A stretch of 43,494 bases of DNA, taken from the NCBI GenBank assembly GCA_032718475.1, contig JAUCBJ010005573.1, forward strand, positions 1 to 43,494. The letters are read 5' to 3'. Below are positions 11,473 to 23,654 of the stretch, piece after piece. The first letter of the stretch is position 1, and the number at the start of each line of letters is the position of its first letter. The position numbers and the translations under genes were made by a program. The DNA is from Nemertoderma westbladi (Eukaryota; Animalia; Xenacoelomorpha). A model generated the notes under the pieces. It searched no databases. It was not told where the DNA came from and saw only the letters and a list, made by a program, of their open reading frames with translations.

Positions 11473-13090
11473 TTTTGTTGCGCCTGTCGATTCGTATAAA
11501 TCGACAGGCGCATAAACCCCCCCAATTTATATTACTTGTGTATTATTATTTGTGGAAGTAACATATAACCCGAAGGTGGTGGAAGTGGAGGTCTTTTGGA
11601 ACACACCAGAGATACCAGAGAACATTATATAAATTATAGTTATTTGCACTAAAGTGAATTCTTCTTGAAATTATGTGCAAAATTTTCAACCATGCATACG
11701 AATCAGTAGTCATCAATAATAATATATACAGTATTCCACAACAATTAGTTATTGTAAATATATGTTAAATGAAACATTTTTTTGGTGGGGGGGGGGGGGG
11801 GGGGTGGATTATTATTTATACTTCAAAAATTTCTGGCACGAAACACATCACACGAAATGGAATTACAATAAAAGCAGGCCATTTAAAACCATTTTCAATC
11901 TTTTAATTCAGCACCTTGGAAAACCTTATAATAAAAAAAAAATTATTCAAATTTGTTGAATTGACAAAGGTGGTTCTGAATTAACGATGGTGGACCCAGA
12001 GCTATCGAGGGTGGTCCTTGAATTAACGAGTGAGGACCCAGAGTTAATAATGATATACCCTGGATTAATAAAAAATAATTAATACCAAAACTAATAACAA
12101 AAGAAAACACCCAAAATATAATACCAGCAAATACAGAAATATACTCTAACAAATAGCACAAAAATAATTATTTAATACAAAATTTAATATTGAACTTTTA
12201 AAGCTCTAAAATCACAAAGAAAACTCATGAAGGTGTATTCCAATTACAATTGTTCAACCCCAGTGATTTTAAAATACACCAGACATGTCAGAGAGCATTG
12301 TAAGTATTATTTCCTTGTGCAAAAATTAATTCTTCTTGATATATTATATGCAAAATTTTCATGCATATTCAAACAATCAAAAGCGTGAAACCGGTAGTCA
12401 TACAGCAATTGGATGTCTTTAGTGGGATCGGAAACACTCTAGAGAACATTTAAAATAAACTTCATCATTCCAAAGTGAATACTTCTTGAGATATAGCCTT
12501 TCAAATAATTAACCAATCATAGACCACGTAGCAAAACCCGACAATCCAACAGCTATAAAACATCGTTAGTGAGTTAGGGCATACTCAAGAGAATATTCTT
12601 AGCTTTCAAACTTCATCCCAAAGTGAAGCAAACTCGAGTTATCGTCGTTCAAAGAATTAGCCAATCAGGCGCCGTATCTGATGACCACGGTATGGGCGTG
12701 ACTTGGGACCTCAACGCGAGATCCAGAACACCATCCAAAACATATTCGCATAAAATCTTATCACTAATTGTCAAGGCCTAGGTAAGTTTTCAGCGTTTGA
12801 ATATTTGAGCCAATCAGGTGCCAGATACAGTGACCACGGTACGCGCGTGACCTGAGACCCCAATGGAAGGTTTAGAGTACTGGCCAAAACATTTTCGCAT
12901 CAAATTGTACCATAAAATGTTACTGCATATCAGCAAAGTCACCTACCGGTATTTGATCAGCAAAAGATCAGGTCTGACTGTGTGATTTGGGTCTGATCAT
13001 ATTTTCCTTTGCATGCATAAGAAGCCCGTCAATGGTCACTATCCGCTACATTGATCTAATCCATATCGTCAGATAGCCCGTGTTGCTGTT
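11473..13090 (+). mobile_element. Putative Helentron-associated (HINE/DINE-like) element with degenerate ~150 bp internal tandem units
   Basis: 5' 14 bp perfect hairpin tgcgcctgtcgatt-cgtata-aatcgacaggcgca after a T run. Recurrent units: agccaatcagg...tgaccacggta at ~12659 and ~12808; aaagtgaa motif at ~11651, ~12472 and ~12620. The right boundary is uncertain. Confidence 0.45.
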
Positions 13091-13715
13091 ATAAGATTTA
13101 TTTTGATTTGGTGCGATTTGGGTAATTTTAGTTTTTTTGGGGTAAACTATGGTATTAATAACTTCCAGTAAAGTGCCTATGTTAAGAACATTGCTAGAAA
13201 TGTCAATCATCTATAGCCTACAAACTAAGGGTAACTGTCAGCCAGTTACTGTACATGGGCAGATGGGTATACTAATAAGTACAGGAGTACTTGGACATTC
13301 CTGTATTCACAATACTCAACTATATGAAGATAGGGTACGTTTTGACTAAAATACGGCATCTGATGTAACGTTTTGACTTTGCCTATCTGCCAAAATAACC
13401 TCCACTATATATGCCCTACATGTAGGCCTACCATACCTGCACCGGTGCTCACTACAGACTGTGGAGGTAGCTACCGGCAAGAGGTGTTTGGTATATTGTT
13501 TTAGTCAGTAATGGCATACCGCAACTACTGACTTTATGATTTCATCAAGTTCATCAAACCAGGCTGATGAATCAGCTGTATTAAATAATAGCAACCGGAT
13601 TGGATAAATTATTAATTAATTTGGGAAACTTTACTAATTAGTAAAATCGTTAATTAGTTCGATTCAAAAGATTTTAGAGTAATTATCATTTGTAAAATAG
13701 TAAACCGCTTTGGTA

Positions 13716-14250
13716 CACCTTGTGAATAAGGATTTGGGGGGCGGGGGGGGCAAAGCCCCCCCGCCAATTAGGTAATTAAGTAATTAGTTAATTACTAATT
13801 AACGGTAGGAGATACGGCATCGGCGCCACAGACTTTTTTGTGTAGAATAAAATTCCGAACAACTTTGTGATGTTACGTTTTTTCATAGCTCTCAGTGTTT
13901 TCGAGTTACGACGCTAATTAGTTTTCGGCTAATTAGTACTAATTAACAGTAATAGGTGGGCCATAGCGATGACTGAACTTTTTTTAGATCTTACCGAGAT
14001 GAACAAAAAAAACACCGTTGCTAGGGGAAAAACCAAATACTTTTCGAGAAAAATCAATTAGAAATCTTTAATCGCTAATTACTAATTAATTAATTAACAG
14101 ATTTTTTCCACAAAAACTCCCAGCTATCGCGCTAGGGCCATCTACCAGATCGCGCAAGCAGAATCGTTCTAGCTTTCGCCGTTCTCCTGGAAAAGTCCTT
14201 TAAAAATCGACCTAAAAAAGATCAAAGCAAAGTGCCTACTTGACAGGGGG
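13716..14250. mobile_element. Old Tc1/mariner-type MITE
   Basis: TA-flanked imperfect TIRs (caccttgtgaataagg vs ccccctgtcaagtagg, 11/16 match). Many internal ctaatta/taattag motifs. Confidence 0.4.
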
Positions 14251-14756
14251 TACACCATAATGCTATCTTATGAGGTTTTACTTTGGTGTTTATGTTGGTT
14301 TCTCATGTTCCGTTAAAAAGGCTGCATTATTTATTCCTCATAAGACTCTGTCGAGCCTTTGGCTCTCCAGTGGCAGCCTATTGCTCCAGTAAAGTAGTAG
14401 AGGACAGATAGTAGGATAAGTAGTAGTCGAAAGGTGTGAGGAACAGGAATGTGTACACAACACTGTTTGTGTGTCGGTCATTTTGATTAAAAATCAAAAA
14501 AATCAGATTTTTTTTATTTTTTTAAACCTTGAATTTGGTGAACCAAGGAAAATAATAATGAACAACTAACATTAACTAAAATGAAAAGCAACTAACATTC
14601 CTAACATTACTAACAACTGCAACTAACATTCCTGTAGGTTGTCGTAGTTAGATTAATTTGTATTAATTTAATTAGTTCGTTACTTAGCTAATTAAAAACA
14701 AGTTTTGTTTATATTGTTCCACATTCTTACATCTTAGGCCTATATTTTAACTGCCT

Positions 14757-15910
14757 ATATATTTATTTATTTATTCAATTGCTCGAAAAAGACAAAAATG
14801 CAGTATAAATACATTGTTATACACAATAAAATGACAATTCAAAAAAATGTAAATATAGTTTAAAATTAAAAAACGGTTAACCCTATCCATACCGGGGTAC
14901 TTTAGACGCTCAAACTACCGGGGGGGGGGGGGGGGGGGGGGGGGACTTTTGGGGACGTAAAGTTTGGAAGCATATAACTTTGTGTGGTGTGATGATATTA
15001 CTTTAAAGTAAAAAGTTTTAGATACAAAATTTATTCCTCTTTTCAAATATGCCACACACTAATGCTCAAATATAATATTTATATACTATAATTATGTTTA
15101 AATTGATTTTAAATTTATATTAAATTGATTGAATTTTAAATTTCCCTCCTACAATAGTTCAGCAATAATATGACAGTTTCAGAGACAGGTCAGTTTACGT
15201 GTCATTTTCATGGTCATAAATAATATTATGAAAATTAATTTTTGTTTTAAGATGAAGAATAATAAATTTTAGGAAAAGTAACGGAATTTCACTTGCAATA
15301 AATGTGGTTTGGCTTTGAACCAAGCAATCAAATAAAGTGCGTCTCCAAAAGTCCCCCCCCCCCCCCCCCCCCGGTATGGATAGGGTTAAATCAAGGGAAG
15401 AAACTACCAAGGCTCATCGGCGCTTATAAGTAACCTAATAATATATTACACTAAAAAATAGAGTCTATGTGTAACCTACAACCATGATTCCCAGAAAATT
15501 TTGTATGTGGTAAAAGATCCACCCCTGACAACTCCCTGCAGAACACGTTAATGTTGTATGCACCAACTACATTATCGGGTAGACCATTCCAAAGAGTTAT
15601 AACTCTATTTGGAAACGAATCTAATTTGTACGATTTTCAATCTACTGTGCATGTGAGGTAACAATAATTTGCTTGCATGACCATGAAGAGCAGCAGCACG
15701 TGAAGCACGAGTGAAAAACTGATTGAAATCGAGATCTACTAAATTTTTATAGATACGATAAACCATTTTTAAGTCAGAAATAATTCTACGAACCTCAAGT
15801 GGCTGTAGTGACAGATAAGCTAAACGATCTGTGTAACGCACATACTGAATATTGCACCTTTCGAAAAGTCAAATGTAAAATAATGCTGAACGGATTCAAC
15901 TTGCTCCACA
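14757..15910 (-). mobile_element. 3' fragment of a CR1-like LINE, interrupted by a MITE
   Basis: Minus strand: VESVQ..FT, YTDRLAYLSLQPLEVRRIISDL, HGHASKL, then frameshifted FPNRVITLWNGLP, the typical CR1/L2-group RT C-terminus. Candidate (ATAA)n tail at 14757-14776. Confidence 0.8.
14881..15385. mobile_element. piggyBac-type MITE, 505 bp
   Basis: TTAA on both sides (14877-80, 15386-89). 17 bp TIR ccctatccataccgggg. Subterminal inverted gggacttttgg.gacg next to poly-G/poly-C tracts. Confidence 0.9.
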
Positions 15911-16046
15911 CCGCGTATTGTTTGGGTGGACCACACAGGAGTGTTGTACTCAAGAAGAGGCCTAGCAATAGAATTGAACGATTTTTGAATTGATTTGAAT
16001 CAGATTGAATTTTTGAATTTAAACGAGATTTTTGATCCTAATTGAG

Positions 16047-17019
16047 ATGCCCCGTAAATGCTGTGTCGGTTACTGCCGATCTAACTACGACGCAACTCTC
16101 GAGAAACCGAACCCTGAAAAGGTTTCCGTCTTCGGATTTCCTTCTAATAATGTCGAACGGTGTCGAAAGCATTGGCCCGAGACGACGGGACGGCGATGAA
16201 AGTCGGTCGCGGAGGTGCTTCCGTCCCCATCCATTCTCCGTCAGTGTTTCCCGACACTCCGCGATCTGTCATCCCCTCTCCATCTGGCCCGCCTCGTCAC
16301 ACACACCGGGTATTATCCGACATACGTAACGCCCAACGTGACGAGTTGGTGGAGTTCCTTGAGAAAGATTCCATCGAACAAGAAACGTTCCATTCCGACT
16401 TCGTTGACCGATTTAGGACAACAATGGACGTCATTACTCGGGAGCGCTATTTATTGGCGATGAGCCACCGAAGAGAAGGTGCAGTCGCTCAGTGGACTGT
16501 AGTGTTTCTAAAATATCACCGCCTCTACCGCGATTATTTTCACAGCGTTTCACACGAGCCCAGAGAGACTCCTTAAAACTGAGACATTTCCCTACTTGGG
16601 GGTCACACGTTGAGTCCGAGACTGGAGAGACTCTTTAAAACTGAGATATTTCTCTACTGGGGTTCAAACGTTTAATTTTAGTTTACATTTTGATTTTCAA
16701 TTTAATCATTTATTTAATTAATGAAGATCCCGTATCGAGGCCATTGATGTGTTTTCACTCTGCGGGGCAGGGAATATTTGGTCGGCAATCGTAATAAAAT
16801 AAATACAAATATAAATAATAAAGTAATAACATAAAATACTAGGCAATGATATAAAGTACAACAATAGGTACCTAATAATAATATAAAGTAATAATATAAC
16901 TTATAACCATAAGTCCATAACCATAACGCCACCGCTGCAACACTATGTCACCAGATCCACCCAAACGTCACCACCAATATGTCGCATATCCACCAAAGCC
17001 ACGCCTTGTAGTATCGATG
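16047..17019 (+). mobile_element. THAP-domain (P/Galileo-like) transposase remnant
   Basis: ATG at 16047: MPRKCCVGYCRSNY...KVSVFGFP...CRKHWP, a THAP C2CH domain with an internal deletion. It continues in another frame as PSVFPDTP...IRN...DEL..F...D. Candidate right end ...ccacgccttgtagtatcgatg (CAT terminus). No matching left TIR found. Confidence 0.7.
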
Positions 17020-17199
17020 GTTAATTATAGTAAAATTATATAATATTATTAAGATGTTTTTTGATTAGACGCCATTTGAAAAGTATAAATATCAGTACAA
17101 ACATAAATGCAAATTATAGTTTACTGAAGTATATTTCAACTGATAAGAAACAAAGATTGTTTGACTACCCATAATAAGCATTGAATTACCTATCTATAT

Positions 17200-17419
17200 G
17201 GCGGGGTAGCAATCTATGCACTCTATCCTGCACAATCTATTGGTTGTAGGTTCAGCCCCGCCAGGGTCCACTCAGCCTTTCATCCACTGGGGTCGATAAA
17301 ATGAGTACCAGTTAAATAACTGGGAGCAAATCTTGGGATAGGAGTAGCGCCCACCCCTACCCTCGGATAGCAGCTATCGAAAGAGGAGCCTTCGGGTCGC
17401 CTCCGGCTTCGCCATTTAC
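17200..17419 (+). mobile_element. tRNA-derived SINE with Deu/Nin-type central domain, copy 1
   Basis: 21 bp TSD cattgaattacctatctatat (17179-17199, 17420-17440). Core ccactcagcctttcatcc...gggtcgataaaatgagtaccag resembles the Deu/Nin domain. The A-box region is scrambled relative to copy 2. Confidence 0.88.
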
Positions 17420-17920
17420 CATTGAATTACCTATCTATATATCCTATTGTACAATTTTCAGCTTACGCTAATTTTGCCTAAATCTCGGCTGCATGGCCTG
17501 TATTAAAGGACGCCTTGGGATCTCCTATGCATTATGCTATGAATCTGAATAGAGGGTAACGGAAGGAATCATTGGCATCAAACTCCATCCCCCTCAACTA
17601 CCACTCCTCAACTACCTCGTATATTTAACTTAATGTTTAATATACCGGTAATAAACATGGGAAACCGGTAATATTATGTACTGTATTACAGAGTATTTCG
17701 AGAGATATAGGACAATTCTACATCCATTTCATAATCATATTTTTTTGTATGGGTCGGAATTGTCCGGGTTCCAATTTCCCGTATCTCCTCTTGAATTAGG
17801 CTGAAATTCAACAGACCTAGGCGGTCTGTTCCTAGAAAACCTAGAAAATATTCTCTCATTTTTTCAATTTATAATTTCATTTAATTTTTTAATATGTTTG
17901 AAAATATTTTTATGTATTTA

Positions 17921-18513
17921 TTATGTGCGGCGAGCGACGAAAGTAAGCGAACTTAGCATACAGGTACCACTAACTTAATCGGTGTGTCTGTTGTTCTGTT
18001 GATCTGTTGTTCTGTTGTGCTCAAATTTAAACGTTTAACTTAGCCAAATATCGATGAAATCTATCCAAACTTGGTACACATGTAGTCTGGCAAAAGTTTA
18101 GAAATTTTCTAAGTTTAATTTCCATGTGGCCTTCGAGAAGCTAAGATAAAAGCAGTTAATTAGTTAATTAAGTTGATTAGGGTAAAAACAGCATTTTCAA
18201 GCCTTCTTTTAATGGAAATTAATTATTTTATAGTATAAGATATAAATAATTATACTTAAAAGTTATACAGCTGTAATCCCCATACCCCATTCCATTATAG
18301 TTTTTAATTAGTTCAAATGATGATGAGAAATGTGTTTTTAATTGATCTAAACGTAAATAAGTCATCAAAATGCCCTCGTCACTCTATACCTCCATCATTC
18401 CTTCTTGGCATACTAGCTATTGCCTATTAGTTGGAACCAGTCCAATCATCTCATAACTACTTAGCAACGGGTAATTACATCTATAGGACATAGGCAAGGC
18501 AGGCACTACTAGT
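17921..18513 (+). mobile_element. HINE-like interspersed repeat, copy A
   Basis: 17921-18360 matches 31770-32225 in inverted orientation (gatgaaatctatccaaacttggtacacatg...gtggccttcgagaagctaagataa). Microsatellite (ctgtt-rich) near the 5' end. Possible ctagt 3' end at ~18510. Confidence 0.7.
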
Positions 18514-18717
18514 GTAAAGTGACTAATAAGCCAGCTTGCTTATTATTAATCTCGCAAAATAATTGCCTGGTGTATTTAATCATATTCTTTAGAATCATTA
18601 GCTAAATAATTTCTTTGAGGTGTTGACATGATAACTTAATATTTCAGTATCAATACTATCGGCAAAAGGTAAGTTTTAATAATTTTTACAAATTGGGTTG
18701 CCTCCACACCTAATAAC

Positions 18718-19275
18718 TATTTACATACTACTTGTGTGTAAAGTAGCACTTTACAGTGTGATGATCCGAGTAGCTTTGTTACACGAACGAACGTTAGTGA
18801 GTGAGTGAGTGAAAATAAAGCCACGAGACTCAGAACACTGTAAACTTTGCAACCAGCTGATACTATGAACTTATACATTATTCTTTATACTATTAGTTTT
18901 CCCTGTATGTTTATTATATATTTTATTTTTACTGATCTTGGGCGGATCAGATAATTATATCTTCTACTCAATCAAACAATGCGTAACATAGTACCGGTAC
19001 AGCAGTAGGCCTATTTCAGAACAAATCGCTGTGCACAATAATAATAATAATAACTGGTTATTAATAGCTATACTCCGCCTACCGGTTGGTAATGGAGTAG
19101 GCCTATCTGGCTGTCAGGCAAATTTCCTCCTATTGTTTACGAGGTAACCAATGACGGCGTTAAGTAATGTCCACTAAGGGGACATTACTTAACAGATAAC
19201 ACCAAATACAATACTAAATGTACAGGCCGATACAATGCTGTAATGTCCTCAAAGGTTGTAAAGTGCTAAATAACA
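18718..19275. mobile_element. Possible Crypton-like non-autonomous element
   Basis: Long imperfect hairpin tttacagtgt...acactgtaaa (18750-18844) centred on cgaacgaacgttagtgagtgagtg. agcactttaca is inverted at ~19257 (tgtaaagtgct). Family call is recalled pattern only. Confidence 0.3.
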
Positions 19276-20156
19276 ACTCGCTGTTAATACTAAATGGCGT
19301 TGAGTAATGATACAATTTTGGAATAACAATATATTACTTTTAAAACACAAATTTCCTGTTAATACCTCTGCCTTTCATTAATCCTCTGTGCTTCTTTGGG
19401 TTGGGGTGGTGCAGATTAAGAGGGTGGCAGTTGAAGCGAGGGGGAGGGGGAACTTTCCTCTCTTCTTTGATTAATTCTTATTGGCAGTTTGGATAAATTT
19501 CTTATTTATCTATTTAAATTTCTTAAAGTACTGATTTTGGGATAGAAAGTTGCTCAATTTTAATCTGTATCTGATAACTAAGCCTCGCGCCCATGTGAAG
19601 AATACCAGGATTTCACTTTTCGGTCGACTTTTTATTGGAATTTTATATATGAAGATTTTTTATTTTTTTTTCATTTATCGTTATTAATTTTTTATTTATG
19701 ATTTATGATCTAATTTATTTATGAATTTTTTAATAGTCTTTTTAATAATCGAGCCATAATAGGGTCGGTTGATATCTGTGCTGTTCTGATAGTTGATACT
19801 TGTATTTGTCCATGAATTTGTACCTATTATATTCACTATTCACTTAAATAACAAACAATTATTACATATTGATAACATAACTTCAATGAATTAAGGATAA
19901 ATTATTTCATTTAATTCTGTAGACCTAATATTAAACCTAAACGTAATTTACCAGCCAGTATCGCAGGTTCTCTACCAAGGAAGCCCATTACTCATGAGAA
20001 TAACTTTGCGGATGAGATATTATTTTATTGCTAGATTTGTTCTCAGAAAAATAACCTACATACATCTTGCACATAAACTCCGTTTCAAGTCAGTCCATGA
20101 CGACAAAAAGTACTGAATGCTGTCTATCAAGTCTCTTGTTATAATGGAGGTTCGAA

Positions 20157-23100
20157 CTAGCTAGCCCCACACCAGGGGTTGAGGCGCTAGCTAGCTCCAA
20201 CACCAAGGGTTGAGGCGCTAGCTAGCTCCAACACCAAGGGTTGAGGCGCTAGCTAGCTCCAACACCAGGGGTTGAGGCGTTAGCTAGCCTCAACACCCAA
20301 GGGTTGAGGCGCTAGCTAGCTCCAACACCAGGGGTTGAGGCGTTAGCTAGCCTCATCACCCAAGGGTTGAGCCGCTAGCTAGCCTCAACACCCAAGGGTT
20401 GAGCCGCTAGCTAGCCTCAACACCCAAGGGTTGAGCCGCTAGCTAGCCTCAACACCCAAGGGTTAAGGCGCTAGCTAGCCTCAACACCCAAGGGTTGAGG
20501 CGTTAGCTAGCCTCAACACCCAAGGGTTGAGGCGTTAGTTAGCACAACCACCAAGGGTTGAGGCGTTAGCTAGCACCAACACCAAGGGTTGAGGCGCTAG
20601 CTAACCTCAACACCCAAGGGTTGAGTCGCTAGCTAGCCTCAACACCCAAGGGTTGAGGCGTTAGCTAGCACCAACACCAAGGGTTGAGGCGCTAACTAGC
20701 CTCAACACCCAAGGGTTGAGCCGCTAGCTAGCCTCAACACCCAAGGGTTGAGGCGCTAGCTAGCCTCAACACCCAAGGGTTGAGGCGTTAGTTAGCACCA
20801 CCACCAAGGGTTGAAGCGTTAGCTAGCACCAACACCAAGGGTTGAGGCGCTAACTAGCCTCAACACCCAAGGGTTGAGCCGCTAGCTAGCCTCAACACCC
20901 AAGGGTTGAGGCGCTAGCTAGCCTCAACACCCAAGGGTTAAGGCGCTAACTAGCCTCAACACCCAAGGGTTGAGCCGCTAGCTAGCCTCAACACCCAAGG
21001 GTTGAGGCGTTAGTTAGCACCACCACCAAGGGTTGATGCGTTAGCTAGCACCAACACCAAGGGTTGAGGCGCTAACTAGCCTCAACACCCAAGGGTTGAG
21101 CCGCTAGCTAGCCTCAACACCCAAGGGTTGAGGCGTTAGTTAGCACCACCACCAAGGGTTGAGGCGTTAGCTAGCACCAACACCAAGGGTTGAGGCGCTA
21201 ACTAGCCTCAACACCCAAGGGTTGAGCCGCTAGCTAGCCTCAACACCCAAGGGTTGAGGCGCTAGCTAGCCTCAACACCCAAGGGTTAAGGCGCTAACTA
21301 GCCTTAACACCCAAGGGTTGAGCCGCTAGCTAGCCTCAACACCCAAGGGTTGAGGCGTTAGTTAGCACCACCACCAAGGGTTGATGCGTTAGCTAGCACC
21401 AACACCAAGGGTTGAGGCGCTAACTAGCCTCAACACCCAAGGGTTGAGCCGCTAGCTAGCCTCAACACCCAAGGGTTGAGGCGTTAGTTTGCACCACCAC
21501 CAAGGGTTGAGGCGTTAGCTAGCACCAACACCAAGGGTTGAGGCGCTAACTAGCCTCAACACCCAAGGGTTGAGCCGCTGGCTAGCCTCAACACCTAAGG
21601 GTTGAGGCGCTAGCTAGCCTCAACACCCAAGGGTTAAGGCGCTAACTAGCCTCAACACCCAAGGGTTGAGGCGTTAGTTAGCACCACCACCAAAGGTTGA
21701 GGCGTTAGCTAGCCCCAACACCAAGGGTTGAGGCGTTAGCTAGCCCCAACACCAAGGGTTGAGGCGTTAGCTAGACTCAACACCCAAGGGTTGAGGCGTT
21801 AGCTACTACCACCACCAAGGGTTGAGGCGTTAGCTAGCCTCATCACCCAAGGGTTGAGCCGCTAGCTAGCCTCAACACCCAAGGGTTGAGCCGCTAGCTA
21901 GCCTCAACACCCAAGGGTTAAGGCGCTAGCTAGCCTCAACACCCAAGGGTTGAGGCGTTAGCTAGCCTCAACACCCAAGGGTTGAGGCGTTAGTTAGCAC
22001 AACCACCAAGGGTTGAGGCGTTAGCTAGCACCAACACCAAGGGTTGAGGCGCTAGCTAACCTCAACACCCAAGGGTTGAGTCGCTAGCTAGCCTCAACAC
22101 CCAAGGGTTGAGGCGTTAGCTAGAACCAACACCAAGGGTTGAGGCGCTAACTAGCCTCAACACCCAAGGGTTGAGCCGCAAGCTAGCCTCAACACCCAAG
22201 GGTTGAGGCGCTAGCAAGCCTCAACACCCAAGGGTTGAGGCGTTAGTTAGCACCACCACCAAGGGTTGAGGCGTTAGCTAGCACCAACACCAAGGGTTGA
22301 GGCGCTAGCTAGCCTCAACACCCAAGGGTTGAGCCGCTAGCTAGCCTCAACACCCAAGGGTTGAGGCGCTAGCTAGCCTCAACACCCAAGGGTTAAGGCG
22401 CTAACTAGCCTTAACACCCAAGGGTTGAGCCGCTAGCTAGCCTCAACACCCAAGGGTTGAGGCGTTAGTTAGCACCACCACCAAGGGTTGATACGTTAGC
22501 TAGCACCAACACCAAGGGTTGAGGCGCTAACTAGCCTCAACACCCAAGGGTTGAGCCGCTAGCTAGCCTCAACACCCAAGGGTTGAGGCGTTAGTTTGCA
22601 CCACCACCAAGGGTTGAGGCGTTAGCTAGCACCAACACCAAGGGTTGAGGCGCTAACTAGCCTCAACACCCAAGGGTTGAGCCGCTGGCTAGCCTCAACA
22701 ACTAAGGGTTGAGGCGCTAGCTAGCCTCAACACCCAAGGGTTAAGGCGCTAACTAGCCTCAACACCCAAGGGTTGAGGCGTTAGTTAGCACCACCACCAA
22801 AGGTTGAGGCGTTAGCTAGCCCCAACACCAAGGGTTGAGGCGTTAGCTAGCCCCAACACCAAGGGTTGAGGCGTTAGCTAGACTCAACACCCAAGGGTTG
22901 AGGCGTTAGCTACTACCACCACCAAGGGTTGAGGCGTTTGCGAGCCCCAACACCAAGGGTTGAGGCGTTAGCTAGCCTCAACACCCAAGGGTTGAGGCGT
23001 TAGCTAGCCTCAACACCCAAGGGTTGAGGCGTTAGCTACTACCACCACCAAGGGTTGAGGCGTTTGCGAGCCCCAACACCAAGGGTTGAGGGGTTAGCTA

Positions 23101-23363
23101 GCACCAACACCAAGGGTTGAGGCATTAGCTAGCACCACCACCAAGGGTTAATGCGTTAGCTAACATCACCACCAAGGTTTGAGGGGTTAGCTAGCCCCAA
23201 CACCAAGGCAAGGGTTGAGGCATTAACAAGCACCACCACCAAGGGTTGAGGGGTTAGTTAGCCCCAAAACCCAAGGGTTGAGGCGATGGCTACTACCACC
23301 ACCAAGGGTTGAGGCGATGGCTAGCCCCAATACCAAGGGTTAATGCGTTAGCTAACACCAACA
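20157..23363. repeat. Tandem array of ~105 palindromic 30/31 bp units (gctagctagcctcaacacccaagggttgaggc)
   Basis: Directly visible. Variants degrade at both edges. Non-coding: mixed unit lengths and frequent TAG on both strands. Confidence 0.98.
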
Positions 23364-23654
23364 GTATCAGAATCACTGCCATTGCGGTGAGCCATCTTTT
23401 AGGAAATAGCACTCCATCACCAAAATATTAGTTATATACTAAAAACAGGATGTTATCTTTAACCTTTAAAGGGGATATTGAGTTAGAAAGGTAGATTAAC
23501 GTCAGAGCACTGCTACTTACTGCAACAGGGCATGAGATCCAATTTATTAATCATTTATTTATTATTAGTTTATATATGAACATGTTCATATTATTAGCTT
23601 TACTTAATTGATGGTACTAGACGAAAGTCAGGAAGACTAACAATCCCCATGCCT

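Noticed and set aside
13555-13600. Hammerhead ribozyme at ctgatga motifs (also ~697, ~2490, ~12678)
   Set aside because: No stem II followed by GAAA at the required spacing.
20157-23363. CRISPR array (palindromic ~30 bp repeats)
   Set aside because: Units are contiguous with no unique spacers, there are no cas genes, and the context is eukaryotic.
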